Assembly (NCBI GenBank): GCA_963805945.1
Contig: CAWDVP010000002.1
Span: 320,001 to 384,000, forward strand
Source: Vulcanimicrobiota bacterium
GTDB lineage: Bacteria > Vulcanimicrobiota > Vulcanimicrobiia > Eremiobacterales > Eremiobacteraceae
Direction: 5' to 3'
Length of the DNA: 64,000 nucleotides
Shown: positions 37,088 through 48,471 of the stretch, in pieces
Numbering within the stretch: the first letter of the stretch is position 1
How the letters are laid out: each line of letters starts with the position of its first letter
Translations under genes and position numbers: made by a program
Notes under the pieces: model-generated
What the model was told of the DNA's origin: nothing
What the model saw: the letters and a program-made list of their open reading frames with translations, nothing else
Databases searched by the model: none

Positions 37088-38168
37088 GCCGCGCGCAACC
37101 GGCGTGGGTCGCAGACCTGTTGCGCGCCATGCGCGGCAAACGCATCGTGGTGGCCGGCGATATCATGCTCGACGAATGGCTGTGGGGCAGCGTGCGCCGC
37201 ATCTCGCCCGAGGCGCCGGTGCCCGTCGTCGAGGTCAGCTCGCAATCGTTCACCCTGGGCGGCGCCGCGAACGTCGCCAACAACCTCGCGGCGCTCGGCG
37301 CGAAGGTCCGCTTGATCGGCGTCGTGGGCGACTGACGAAGCGGGCGCCCGCACGCTCGAGCTGTGCCGCCTGCTCGACATCGACACGTCGGGCGTGGCGG
37401 TCGCCGCCGCGCGGCCCACGACACAAAAGACGCGCATCGTGGCGCATAACCAGCAGGTCGTGCGCGCCGACCGAGAGGTGACCGGAGAGCTCGACGCGCG
37501 GACGAAAGCGCGGCTCGTGAAGAGCCTGCGCGCGCTGGACGGCGCGATCGACGGCGCGATCGTCTCCGACTACAGCAAGGGGTTGGTGCGCGCGCCGATC
37601 GTCCAGGCGCTCACCGGCCACGCGCGGCGATGCGTCATCACCGGCGATCCGAAGCCCGACAACATCGCGGCCTTCGCGGGCGTGGATTGCATCGCGCCGA
37701 ACGCCGCGGAGGCGGCGAGCGCGGCGGGCATGCCGCTGCTGACGCGACGCGGATCTGTCGCGCGTCGCGAGCCGGCTGCGCGCGCTCGCGCATTGCCGCT
37801 CCGTGCTCATCACGCGCGGTGAATACGGCATGACGCTGTTCTCCGACGAGGTGCGCCGTTCACCGTGCCGGCAGTCGCGCGCCAGGTCTATGACGTCAGC
37901 GGCGCCGGCGACACGGTCATCTCCGCGCTGACGCTCGCGCTCGCAGCCGGAGCGCCGATCCGCCATGCGGTCACTCTGGCGTCGCTGGCGGCGGGCGTAG
38001 TGGTGGAGAAGCTCGGCACGGCGACCGCGACGCCGCGCGAGATCTTGCATTTCGCGGAGCGCGAAGGGGTCGCGCATCCGACCCGTTTCGTCGCCGCGCG
38101 CGCGGCGAGCCGCGCCGCGCCGCACGCGAGCCAAGAAAACTGGGAAAGCCCGTGCGCGCCGCCGCTAA
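37084..38168 (+). CDS. rfaE1: Heptose-7-phosphate kinase (HldE N-domain/RfaE1), frameshifted
   Basis: [40 protein letters not shown]; end approximate. Confidence 0.88.
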
Positions 38169-38641
38169 GATGCTGCCGCGCGAGGAGATCGCGCGCCGCC
38201 TGCCCGCGTTGCGCGAGGTGCGCGGTCCGGTCGTCTTCACCAACGGCGTGTTCGATCTGCTGCACGTCGGCCACGTGCGCTATCTCGAGTTCGCGCGCAG
38301 CCTCGGCGGCGTGCTCGTGGTCGGCGTCAACTCCGACAGCTCGGTGCGCGCGCTCGGACAAAGCGCCCGGCCGGCCGGTGGTGCCGGAGACCGAGCGCGC
38401 GGAGCTCGTAGCGGCGCTCGAAAGCGTCGACTACGTGTGCATCTTCTATGAGACGCGGCCGGACGACACGCTGCGCATCATCAGACCCGACATCCACGTG
38501 AAGAGCTCGAGCTACGCGATCGCCGATCTGCCCGAAGCGCAGACCGTCGCCGAGATCGGCGCCAGCATCGTGCTCGCGCCGCACATCGAAGGACGTTCGA
38601 CCACAGACCTCATCCGCCGCATCGCGGAGAGCCGCGAGTGA
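38152..38641 (+). CDS. rfaE2: Heptose-1-phosphate adenylyltransferase (RfaE2), frameshifted
   Basis: [34 protein letters not shown]. Confidence 0.9.
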
Positions 38642-39904
38642 GCCCACGCCTCGTCGTCACCGTCAACGGTCCGGGCGAGTTGATGGGGTGGGCGCGGCCC
38701 TTCGTGCGCGCCGTCTACGCGCTCGATCCGGGCGCGCGCGTGTCGATCGTCTTCGTGCCGTGTCCGTATGCGACCGGGCGCGAGGCGGCTGAGGCGCAGC
38801 GGCTGTTCCCGCAGGCGACCGTCGTCGCGCCCAAAGGCTACAGCCGCTTCTTGATGGGCAGAAGCGTCGCCGGTCTCGAGCGCGGCCCAGGCGCTCTGCA
38901 ATACCTCGGCGGCGACCTCTATCATGCGAACACCATCGCCAAACGCGTCGGGCTGCGCGCGATGACCTACAAGTTCTCGCGCCGCCCCTACGCGCAGACG
39001 TTCGAGCGCTTTTTCGCCATCGATGCGGCTAATGCCGAGCAACTGCGCGCGACCGGTGCTCCCGCCGAGAAGGTCCGCGTCGTGGGCAACCTCGTCGCCG
39101 ACGCAGTGTTCGGCTCGCTCGACGGCCCGGCTGCGCCGCCCGGCAAGGGCGACACGCTGTGCGTCTTCCCCGGCAGCCGGCCAGCCGAGCTGCGCGCGCT
39201 GCTGCCGTTCCTGCTCGATGCGGCTCGCGCGTGGTGCGGGCGCGTCCGGGACTGGCCGCGAGCGTCGCGATCTCGCCGTTCAACTCCGATGCCGAGGTCG
39301 AGGAGAGCGCTGCGCGCGCCGGATCCGGCGTTCGGCGGCGTGTCGCGGCGAGCTCGCCGAGAACGGCGCGGCCATCATGGCGGCAGGCACGCGCTTCTCG
39401 CTCGATCGCTCGGGCTCGTATAGGGCGCTCGCCCATGCCGCGCTCGTCATCGCCACGCCGGGCACCAAGTGCATCGAGGCGGCGGTGCTCGGCCGGCCGC
39501 TGCTCGTCATCTTGCCGATGAACAGGCTCGACGAGGTCGTGATGCCGGGCCTCGCCGGCTATCTCCATCATATCCCCATAGTGGGCGGGCGGCTCAAGAC
39601 ATGGGTGGCGCGCAAGATCGAACCGCGTTTCAAGTACGTGTCGCAGCCGAACATCGATGCCGATGCGATGCTCGTGCCGGAGCTGCGCGGCGTGCTGCGC
39701 GTCGAAGACATCGCGGCGCGCGCCGAGGCGATGCTCGCGGATCCGGCCGCGCTTGCGCGCATGGGTGCGGCGCTGGCCAAGCTCTACGCGGCGGACGCCG
39801 GCGCGGCGTCGCGCATGGCGTCTGACGCGCTCGGGGTCGCCGCAGGCGCGGGTGAGGTCGAGGCGCCGATAAGCTCGACCGCCGGCGCGGCCTCTTCACG
39901 GTGA
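38638..39904 (+). CDS. LpxB-like (lipid-A-disaccharide synthase-related) glycosyltransferase, frameshifted
   Basis: NGPGELMGWARP, VVGNL, FPGSR, PGTKCIEAAVLGRP, SQPNI, LVPEL. Confidence 0.7.
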
Positions 39905-40776
39905 GCGAAGCCACCGTCGTGATCGCGACGCGCGATCGCGCCGCGTTCCTGCGCGCGTGCCTCGCGCGGCTCGCGCTGCAGACCGCGGCAGGCCGCTTCG
40001 ACGTGGTCGTCGTCGACAACGGTTCGAGCGATGACACCGCCGCGGTCATCGCGTCAGCCGCGCCGCTCGTGCGCGGGGTCTTCGTCGCCGAGCCCAATCG
40101 CGGCAAGGCGCGCAACGCTGGCATCGCCGCCTCCGGCGGCCGCATCATCGTGTTCTGCGACGACGATACGCTGCCGCCGGAGGGTTTCGTCGCGGCGCAC
40201 CTCGCCGCGCATGGCGGCGCGACCGATCGTGTCGTGTCGGGGCCGATCGTCAACGTGCCCGGCGCCGGCGCGCTGGCGCCGGTGACGGCGGGGCACTACT
40301 CGAACGCGTTCTTCTGCACGTGCAACGCCAGCGCGCCGAAGGCGGCGCTCGACGCGGTCGGCGGCTTCGACGAGGCTTTCGACCTGTACGGATGGGAGGA
40401 CACCGATCTCGGCGTGCGTTGCGGGGGCACGGCATGCACCGCGTCTTCGCGTGGGATGCCTTCATCTATCACGTCAAACCGCCGGAGGCGATAACGCTGC
40501 AGCGGCGCATCGCGCTCGCGCGGGAGAAGGGCGAGATGGCGGCGCGCTTCGTGCGCAAATCGCCGACCTGGCCGGTGCGTCTCGCGACGGGCGCCTATGC
40601 GGTCAACTTCGTGCGCGCGTCGCTGTCGGGCGCGCCGCCTTTACGGCGTCTGTATCAACGCCTGGCCGCGGATGAAGCGCGCGACCTCGTTGCTGCCGAG
40701 GTTGGCGCGTGTCGCGCTCGTCGACGCGATATACATCGACGCGCTCCGCGCCGCGCTGCACGCCGCGCGTGCCTGA
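39901..40776 (+). CDS. GT2 glycosyltransferase, frameshifted
   Basis: VVIATRDR, VVDNGSSD, FCDDD, GGFDE, GWEDTDLG. Confidence 0.9.
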
Positions 40777-41776
40777 CGCGCCCCGTTTCCTGCTCGTCCG
40801 GCTCGACGGCATGGGCGATGCGCTCGCCTGCGTCCCCGCGCTTGAAGGGCTGCGCCGCGCGCATCCGGGCGCGCGCTTCGGCGCGATATGCTCGCCGGCG
40901 AACGCGGCGGTGTTCTCGGCCCGCATGGACACGGTGCACGTCCTCGCCGGCGACGACCGCGCGCCGCTGACGGCCGAGGTGCGCGCGCAGGCGTACACGC
41001 ACGCGCTCGTCGCGACCGAGGAGGTCGTCGGATACGAGCTCGCGCGAGCCTCGGGTGCCGCGCGGCGGTCCGGCTTCTGGCACCGCCTCGAGAAGCCGTT
41101 CAAATCGTTGTGGCAGTATGCGCAGCTCACCGACCGCGTCTACCGTCCGGCGGCGTGGACGGCGCGGCCCGAGCATGAGGTCGAAACATTGTATCGTCTC
41201 GCGTTGCCGTTCGGCGCCGCGTCTCCGCCGTCCGACGACGCCGCCGCGCTGCGGCAATGGCTTGCCGTCGCGGGAGCCGCCGCCGGCGCGCGCGCCGCGC
41301 TGGGTTTTCAGATAACCGCGAAGCTGGCGCTGGAAGGCTGGAGTGACTGCGGCGCTGGCCGAACTGTGCGCGGCCGCGCTCGATGCGTCCGGCCTGCCCG
41401 CGCTGGTGCTCGTGGCCGCTCCCGACGACGGGGGCCTCGCAAGGGCGCTGCTGGAACACTTGCCGGCGGCCGCACGGATGCGCGCGACGATCGCGCCGCC
41501 GGGCGACATGCCGCACTGGTTCGGCATCATCGATTCGCTGGCGGTGCTCGTCACGCCTGACACAGGTGCGGCGCACGCGGCCGGTACGCTTGGGGTTCCC
41601 GTGATCGATCTCTTCGTGCAGACGCGCTTCTCGCAGCTCTCGCGCCAGTGGCGGCCGTGGGCCGCGCCGCACCGCTGCATCGTCAAGCCGCCGCGGGCCA
41701 GACGACGCCCGCCGCGTTGGGCGCCGAGATCGGCGCCGGCGCCGCAGCGCTGCGCGCGCAGGATCGCCGCGCATGA
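40769..41776 (+). CDS. GT9 (heptosyltransferase-like) glycosyltransferase, frameshifted
   Basis: LLVRLDGMGD, HEVE, VTPDTGAAHAA, WRPW. Confidence 0.8.
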
Positions 41777-42819
41777 AGACCATGGGTGCGCCGCGCGTGC
41801 TCGCCATCTGCATCGGCGGCGGCGTGGGCGACCTGCTTGCTGCGACGCCTGCGATCGAAGCGCTGCGCCGCCATCTCGGGGCTCAGGTGGACCTCATGAC
41901 GTCGCCGTACGCGGCGCCGCTGCTCGCGGGGCATCCCGCCATTGCGGCCATCATCGCCGACGACGGCGTGACGCCGATCGACGAGATGGCTGGCATGCTC
42001 GCGCGCGCGGCCTATACCCACGCAGTCATGTTCTGGTCGACAGCGCGCGTCGCCGCGATCGCCGCGCGCGCCGGCATCCCCATCCGCGTCGGCCAAGCGC
42101 GCCGCTTGTACTCGTGGCGCTATACGATCCGCGTGCCGGTGCGCACGGAGACGGGCGATCGGACAAGCCAGTGGAGCGACGTGCAGATGGATTACGCGCG
42201 CGCGCTCGGCGCGCAGCCGGTGCCCCAGGACTATCGCATCGTCGTGCCTTTTGACGCCGGCGATCGCGCGGCCGCCGACGCGATCATTGCGCGCGTCGCG
42301 CCGGCTGGGCGCTTCGTCGTGCTGCACGCCGCGCGCGGCATGCGCCTCGATGGCAAACAGTGGCCGGTCGAGGCGTTCGCCGCCATCGGCGACGCGCTCG
42401 GCGCGGCGTTTGGCACACCGGTCCTGCTCACCGGCGCGGCGGACGAGGCCCGCGTCATAGGCCGCATCGGCGGCGCGATGCGCGCCGCGCACGCGTCGAT
42501 CGCGGGCGAGACGAGCCTGCGCGGGCTCGCCGCGCTGCTCGCCCGCGCGGAGGTGGTCGTCGCGCTCGACTCGGGGCCGATGCACATCGCCGCCGCGGTC
42601 GGCGCACCGACGGTCGGCATCTTCGCGCTGCGCACCGATCTGCCGCAGCGCTGGCGGCCGCTCGGCGAGCGGGTCGCCGTCGTCGGCAATTCATATCCGT
42701 GTCCGCGCGGCTGCCGCAAGGAGACGTGCCGCACCTTCGACTGCTACCGCGCGCTCGACCCGCGCGAGATCGTCGAGGCCGCGCGCAGCGTCAGCGTCGC
42801 CGCGGTGCGGGCGCTGTAG
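41773..42819 (+). CDS. GT9 glycosyltransferase
   Basis: GVGDLLAATP, KQWP, LDSGPMHIAAAVG, WRP, C-terminal Cys cluster. Confidence 0.9.
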   Translation: MKTMGAPRVLAICIGGGVGDLLAATPAIEALRRHLGAQVDLMTSPYAAPLLAGHPAIAAIIADDGVTPIDEMAGMLARAAYTHAVMFWSTARVAAIAARAGIPIRVGQARRLYSWRYTIRVPVRTETGDRTSQWSDVQMDYARALGAQPVPQDYRIVVPFDAGDRAAADAIIARVAPAGRFVVLHAARGMRLDGKQWPVEAFAAIGDALGAAFGTPVLLTGAADEARVIGRIGGAMRAAHASIAGETSLRGLAALLARAEVVVALDSGPMHIAAAVGAPTVGIFALRTDLPQRWRPLGERVAVVGNSYPCPRGCRKETCRTFDCYRALDPREIVEAARSVSVAAVRAL

Positions 42820-43765
42820 TGTCCGAGCGAAGCTCCGGAGCGTCTCGGCGCGGACCCCGCTCATCACCGTTCAGCTGTGCACCTACAACCGGCGCGCGCT
42901 GCTGGGCCGCGTGATGAGCGCGCTGTTCGATCAAGACCTCGATCCAGCGGACTACGAGATCGTGCTGGTGGATGACGGCTCGAGCGACGGCACGTATGAA
43001 GAGGTCATAGCGCGGCTGACGCCGACCTGCGCGCTGACCGTCATGAGGCAGGCCAACGCGGGGCTCGCGCGCGGCCGCAACGCCGGCATCGCACGCGCGC
43101 GCGGCGACATCATCATGTTCATGGACGACGATGTCCTGGCGACCCGCGGCCTGCTGTCGGCGCACGTCCGCTGCCATCGCGCGCATCCGCGCAGCATCTG
43201 CCGCGGCGGCGTCATCAACGTCGCGTCGTTCGACGATCTGCCGCCGGCGGCGTACGGTTGGCGCAACTATTCCGGCGCCTACTTCTGGACGACGAACGTC
43301 TCGGTGCCGCTGCAGCTCCTCAAGGCGGCCGGCGGCTTCGACGAGCGCTTCAGGGAGTACGGCTGGGAAGATCTCGAGCTCGGCCTGCGCCTGCGCAACA
43401 TGGGCGTTCCGTCGGTGCTCGCGCGCGACGCGCTCGTGTATCACCACAAGCCGCCGTTGCGCCCCGACCAGTTCGCCGGCATGGCGCGCCAGGCGCGCGC
43501 GCAGGCGCGCACCGCGGTGCAGTTCTTGCGCAAACATCCGCAATGGCGCGTGGCGATGGCCACGGGCCAGGTCGGTCCGGCGCTATGGTGGAGCCGCGTG
43601 TGGCGCGCGTTGCGCTATCCGCAACTGCTCGCGACCATCAGCAGCGGCGGCCCGGCGGAGGGGCTGCCGATGGGCGTGCGCCGCTGGGCGGCTGCGCGGC
43701 TGGCCCGCGCGGAGTACTTCAGCGAGTTGGAGCGCGCGCACGCATCCGCAGCGGCGGCGCAGTGA
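42819..43765 (+). CDS. GT2 glycosyltransferase (5' frameshift)
   Basis: ITVQLCTYNR, VDDGSSD, FMDDD, GWEDLELG. Confidence 0.9.
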
Positions 43766-44802
43766 CGTCCGCGCCGGCGTACCGACGCATCCTGCTCATC
43801 CGCACCGACCGGCTGGGCGATCTCGTGCTGTCGACGCCCGCCATCGCGTCGTTCCGGCGATCGTGGCCCGACGCGCGCATCGAGGCGCTCGTCGGCGAGT
43901 ATAGCGAGCCGCTGGTCCGCTACAATCGCGACATCGATGCCCTGCACGTGCTGCCGAGCGCGGCGAACGACATCCACGCGCGTGACATCGCGCGACGGCT
44001 CGGCGCCGACGCCGATATTGCGGTCGCGCTCGCGCCGCGCATGGCCGACCACCGGCTCGCCTGGTGGACGCGGGCGCCACGGCGCATCGGCTACGTCTAT
44101 CGCCGCCGCTACCTCTCGCGGCTGGCCGCGAACGTCATGCTCACCGACCACTGCATCTCCGAAGCCGACCCGGATCTCGCCGACCGCCATCCCGAACGTC
44201 CGGTGGCGCACGAGGTCCATCAGGTGCTCGCGCTGGTCCGGCTCGCGGGCGGCGGCGTGCTCACCGACCAGCTCGTGCTCGACATCGGCGACGATGCGCG
44301 CGCGTTCGCGCGCGCGTCCGTGCCCGAGGGCAGCGTCGGTCTCAACCTCGCGCCGCGCTGGTTCGAAGCGGACTTCGGCGCCGCGAACGTGCGCCTGCTC
44401 GTGCAGCGGCTCGCCGCCGAGCATAGGGACGTGCTCGTGACCTACGGAAACGACGTGACGGAAGCAGCGCTGCAGCTGCGCGCGGCGTCGCCCGAGACCA
44501 ACATCACGTGGCTCGGCGAAGCCGACGTCTTGCGCTGGGCCGGTTCGATCGGCAGATGCAGCGCGCTCGTGACCGTCGACTGCGGCGCGGTGCACGTGGC
44601 CGCCGCGCAAGGCATACCGGTGGTGGGCGTGTACGAGCGCCGGTACTACCGTTTGAGCTCCCAGGAATGGGCGCCGTGGCGGGTGCCGTCGGTCATCCTG
44701 CGCAAACCGCCGAGCGCTGCGCTCGCCGCACCCCTGCTCGACGACATCGCCGCCGGTGTGCGCGCGCTGCGCGCCGGCGTCGCTTCGCCCATCGGACGCT
44801 AA
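43762..44802 (+). CDS. GT9 glycosyltransferase
   Basis: ILLIRTDRLGDLVLSTP, HEV, VTVDCGAVHVAAA, WAPW. Confidence 0.88.
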   Translation: MTSAPAYRRILLIRTDRLGDLVLSTPAIASFRRSWPDARIEALVGEYSEPLVRYNRDIDALHVLPSAANDIHARDIARRLGADADIAVALAPRMADHRLAWWTRAPRRIGYVYRRRYLSRLAANVMLTDHCISEADPDLADRHPERPVAHEVHQVLALVRLAGGGVLTDQLVLDIGDDARAFARASVPEGSVGLNLAPRWFEADFGAANVRLLVQRLAAEHRDVLVTYGNDVTEAALQLRAASPETNITWLGEADVLRWAGSIGRCSALVTVDCGAVHVAAAQGIPVVGVYERRYYRLSSQEWAPWRVPSVILRKPPSAALAAPLLDDIAAGVRALRAGVASPIGR

Positions 44803-44805
44803 GAC

Positions 44806-45753
44806 ATGAGAGTATCGGTCGTCATCCCGACCTACGATCGCATCGACACCCTGCGGGTCGTGCTGCCGGCGCTGCTCGGCCAGACGCTGCCCGCCGACCA
44901 ATACGAACTCATCATCGCCGATTCGCGCAGCACCGACGGTACGGCGGAATACCTCGCGCTGCTGGCGGAGGGCGCCGGCGGCCGCATCCGCCACATCCCC
45001 GGGCTGTACGCCGGCCGCGCATCGGCGCGCAACGCCGGCATCGCCGCGGCGCGTGCGCCGCTCATCCTCTTCACGGACGCCGACATCATCGCGTCGCCCG
45101 ACCTGCTGGCGCGGCACTTGGCCGGGCACGAGGCCGCGGCCGACCGGCGCGTCGCGATCGTCGGCTGTGAGCTCCAGGTCACATCGCTCGAGGACTATCG
45201 CATGCAGCGCGACGCGCCCGAGACGCGCCGCCCCCTGCACCCGGCGAGCCGCACGAAGCTCTCGTGGCTCTACTTCCTCACCGGCAACGCGTCCGCGCGC
45301 CGCGACGACCTGTTGGCGGTGGGCGGCTTCGACGAGGACTTCACCGGCTACGGCCACGAGGATCTCGAGCTCGGCTATAGGCTGAGCAAGGCCGGCGTCG
45401 AACTGCGTTATGACGCAGGGGCGATCAACTACCATTGGCACCCCGTCGGCTACGAAGAGCAGAAGAGCAAGATGGAGCTGGCGGGCGTCTCGACGGTGCG
45501 TTTCTACCGCAAGCACCGCGACGTCGCGGTCATGACCAACCTAGGCATGACGCCGGTGTCGCTGGCGCTGCACTCGGTGCTGCATGCGGCGGGGCCATTG
45601 CGTGCCGCGATCGAGCGGGCCGGCGGCGCGCACGAAGCGCCGCGCAAGAACACCTGGCCGTTCGTGGCCCGGCAGATCGCCTTGCAATACCACTACTTGA
45701 ACGGGGTGAAGCGCGCGTTGCGCGAGCCCGAGGGAGCCGTGCAGACAGCGTGA
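44806..45753 (+). CDS. GT2 glycosyltransferase
   Basis: VSVVIPTYDR, FTDAD, GGFDE, GHEDLELG. Confidence 0.92.
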   Translation: MRVSVVIPTYDRIDTLRVVLPALLGQTLPADQYELIIADSRSTDGTAEYLALLAEGAGGRIRHIPGLYAGRASARNAGIAAARAPLILFTDADIIASPDLLARHLAGHEAAADRRVAIVGCELQVTSLEDYRMQRDAPETRRPLHPASRTKLSWLYFLTGNASARRDDLLAVGGFDEDFTGYGHEDLELGYRLSKAGVELRYDAGAINYHWHPVGYEEQKSKMELAGVSTVRFYRKHRDVAVMTNLGMTPVSLALHSVLHAAGPLRAAIERAGGAHEAPRKNTWPFVARQIALQYHYLNGVKRALREPEGAVQTA

Positions 45754-47552
45754 CATCACCTTCATCATCTTCACCCGCGCCGGCACGCGCGACGTGCGGC
45801 GAACTCACCGCGGGCAGCGCCGGCCAGCCGGTCGAGGTACGCGGTTGGGTCAACAGCTCGCGCGACCACGGCGGACTGCTGTTCATCGACGTGCGCGACC
45901 GCTTCGGCGTGACGCAGTGCGTCTTCGATCCGCGCGCGGACGCCGCCGCCGCCGAGCTGGCGGCGTCGCTGCGCTCCGAGGACGTGGTCGCGATCGGCGG
46001 CGTCGTGCGGCGGCGCCCGGCGGGCACGGAAAATCCGAAGCTCCCCACCGGCGAGGTCGAGATCGGCGCGAAGACGCTCGAGATCCTCAACCGTTCGCTG
46101 ACCCCGCCCTTCCCGATCCACGGCGACGAGCACGTCGACGAGAGCTTGCGCATGAAGTACCGCTACATCGATCTGCGCCGGCCTTCGATGCAGCACAACA
46201 TCGCGTTGCGCCATCGCGCGGTGAAGGCCATCCGCGACTACCTCGACGGGCGCGGCTTCCTCGAGATCGAGACGCCGATGCTCATCAAGCAGACGCCCGA
46301 GGGCGCGCGCGACTTCGTCGTGCCGAGCCGGCTGCATCCGGGCGAGTTCTACGCGTTGCCGCAGTCGCCGCAGCTGTTCAAGCAGCTGCTCATGGTGGCC
46401 GGCTTCCATCGCTACTTCCAGATCGCGCGCTGCTTCCGCGACGAGGACTCGCGCGCCGACCGGCAGCCGGAGTTCACGCAGATCGACCTCGAGATGACCT
46501 TCCCGACGCAAGAAGACGTCATGGAGGTCATCGAGGGCATGCTGAAAGCGATGTTCGCCGTCGCGCTCGGCGTCGACGTCGTCACGCCGTTCCGCCGTCT
46601 GACGTTCAGCGAGGCCCTGGAGCGCTACGGGTCCGACAAGCCCGATCTGCGCTTCGAGCTGCCGCTGGTGGATTTCTCGGCCGCGTTCGCCGGCACCGAA
46701 TTCAAGATCTTCGCGTCGGCGTTGGCGGCGGGCAAGGCGATCGTCGGCGTCGTCGATCCGGGCGGCGCCGCGCGCTCGCGCCGCGACTTCGACGCGCTGG
46801 CCGCGCTGGCGGGCGGCGACTGGGGCGCCAAGGGCCTGGCGTGGATCGCGTTCGCGCCGGACGGCGTGAAGACGTCGTTGCCCAAGGCGGCGCTCACCGA
46901 CGAGGTGCTGGCCGCGATCAAGCGCGCCGGCGGTGCGAAGGACGGCGATGCCGTTCTGTTCGTGGCCGACGACCGGCCGCTCGCGCTGTCGATCGCCGGC
47001 AAGCTGCGCCTGCATCTCGGCGGCGAAAAGGGTCTGCGCGACCCCAAGCGTTTCGAGTTCTGCTGGGTGCTCGACTTCCCGCTCTTCGAACGCGACGCGG
47101 TCAGCGGGGCGCTCGGGCCGATGCACCACCCCTTCACCGCGCCCGCGCCGGCGTCCGCATCGCTGCAGGGCGATCCGGAGAGCCTCCGCGCGCAGCACTA
47201 CGACGTCGTGCTCAACGGCTCGGAGCTCGGGAGCGGCTCGATCCGCATCCACGATCCAGAGACGCAGCGCAAGATCTTCGCCATGCTGGGCTACAGCGAT
47301 GACGACGTGCGCCAGCGCTTCGGGTTCCTGTTGGAAGCGTTCGCGTACGGCGCGCCGCCGCACGGCGGCATGGCGCTGGGCATCGACCGCATCCTGGCGA
47401 TGATGGTGGGCGCAGAGTCGATCCGCGAAGTCATCGCGTTCCCCAAGAACCAGAAGTTCCAAGATCTCATGATCGAGGCGCCGTCGGGCGTCGAACCCGC
47501 ACTGCTGCGCGATCTGCGTATCAAGATCGAGCAGCCGCCCGCAAAGCCGTGA
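45750..47552 (+). CDS. aspS: Aspartate--tRNA ligase, probably non-discriminating Asp/Asn type
   Basis: RDHGG (His typical of ND-AspRS), RYIDLR, PQSPQLFKQ, FRDED, GAPPHGG. Confidence 0.96.
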   Translation: MTSPSSSSPAPARATCGELTAGSAGQPVEVRGWVNSSRDHGGLLFIDVRDRFGVTQCVFDPRADAAAAELAASLRSEDVVAIGGVVRRRPAGTENPKLPTGEVEIGAKTLEILNRSLTPPFPIHGDEHVDESLRMKYRYIDLRRPSMQHNIALRHRAVKAIRDYLDGRGFLEIETPMLIKQTPEGARDFVVPSRLHPGEFYALPQSPQLFKQLLMVAGFHRYFQIARCFRDEDSRADRQPEFTQIDLEMTFPTQEDVMEVIEGMLKAMFAVALGVDVVTPFRRLTFSEALERYGSDKPDLRFELPLVDFSAAFAGTEFKIFASALAAGKAIVGVVDPGGAARSRRDFDALAALAGGDWGAKGLAWIAFAPDGVKTSLPKAALTDEVLAAIKRAGGAKDGDAVLFVADDRPLALSIAGKLRLHLGGEKGLRDPKRFEFCWVLDFPLFERDAVSGALGPMHHPFTAPAPASASLQGDPESLRAQHYDVVLNGSELGSGSIRIHDPETQRKIFAMLGYSDDDVRQRFGFLLEAFAYGAPPHGGMALGIDRILAMMVGAESIREVIAFPKNQKFQDLMIEAPSGVEPALLRDLRIKIEQPPAKP

Positions 47553-47559
47553 GGGAGCA

Positions 47560-48429
47560 ATGGTGAGCATTCCGCTGATCCGGGAGCCCGACGCGGTCGA
47601 CGAGCGCGTGCGCGAGGCGTATCGCGATATCAAAGCGTGCCTGCGCGTGCCGGTCGTCGGCAGCCTCTTCCAAGCCTATGCGGTCGTGCCGCGCTTCCTC
47701 GAATACACGTGGCGCCGGCTGCGTCCCAACGTGCTCGCGAAACCGTTCGTCGAGCGTGCGCACGCGATCGGCGCGCTCGCGCAGCGCGGCGCGGCGTTAT
47801 GGCCCGTCGGCGACGTTGCGTCCGAGGTGCGCGCGCGCGGGATCGGCGAGGGTGACCTGCTGCGCATGCGCGAGGTGGCCGCGATGCTCGACGACGTCGA
47901 CCCGAAGCTGCTCGTCATCGCGCACGCGGTGCGGCTCGCGATGGTCGGCGGCGCGCCGATCGGCGGCGCCGGCGTCGGCGGTCTGCAGGCGCTCGGCGAC
48001 GAAGCGCGCTTGGCGCATGACTACCGCGGCATGATCGTCGCCATCATCGAGGAGCGCGACGCGCCGCTGCGCGTGCGCACCGTGTACGAGGAGATCAAGT
48101 CCACCACCGGGGCGGCCTTCGTGAGCGGCGACTACCGCGCGGTGGCCGCGTTCCCCGATTGGCTGGAGCTGTGGTGGCGGGACGTGAAGAACGCGATGCA
48201 ATCGCCCAACTACGCCGCGCTGTGCCGCGAGGTCGACGACGCCGCGATCGAAGCGGCGCGCCATCTGCCCTACCTGCTCAATCTGCGCGAGGATGCGCTG
48301 ACGCGCGTGGAGATCAGCGCGGACGAACGCGCGCGGGTCGTCCGCGCCAACGATGCGCTGTGCGAGATGCTGCCGTCGGTGGTCGTCAACATGGCGGTCG
48401 CGCACCGTGGACTGACCCAGACCCCGTAG
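47560..48429 (+). CDS. DehI-family (group I haloacid dehalogenase-like) protein
   Basis: Internal duplication YRDIKACLRVPVV..PRFL..W / YEEIKSTTGAAFVSGDYRAVAAFPDWL..W. Confidence 0.7.
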   Translation: MVSIPLIREPDAVDERVREAYRDIKACLRVPVVGSLFQAYAVVPRFLEYTWRRLRPNVLAKPFVERAHAIGALAQRGAALWPVGDVASEVRARGIGEGDLLRMREVAAMLDDVDPKLLVIAHAVRLAMVGGAPIGGAGVGGLQALGDEARLAHDYRGMIVAIIEERDAPLRVRTVYEEIKSTTGAAFVSGDYRAVAAFPDWLELWWRDVKNAMQSPNYAALCREVDDAAIEAARHLPYLLNLREDALTRVEISADERARVVRANDALCEMLPSVVVNMAVAHRGLTQTP

Positions 48430-48434
48430 CGGCC

Positions 48435-48466
48435 ATGGAGCGGTCGAATTTATTCGACCGTCCACC
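48435..48466 (+). repeat. REP-like palindrome
   Basis: TGGAG-CGGTCGAAT-TT-ATTCGACCG-TCCA; near-identical copy at 49894-49925. Confidence 0.8.
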
Positions 48467-48471
48467 GACCC

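Noticed and set aside
37333..37335. In-frame TGA in rfaE1 as a second selenocysteine
   Set aside because: Homology resumes in another frame ([13 protein letters not shown]); this is an indel and the position is not a Cys site
8431..47633. Long alternative-frame and antisense ORFs (e.g. 8437-9981 +, 24462-25976 -, 43615-45516 -, 45771-47633 -)
   Set aside because: Shadow ORFs expected in high-GC DNA; Arg/Ala-rich or mirror-frame translations overlapping well-supported genes
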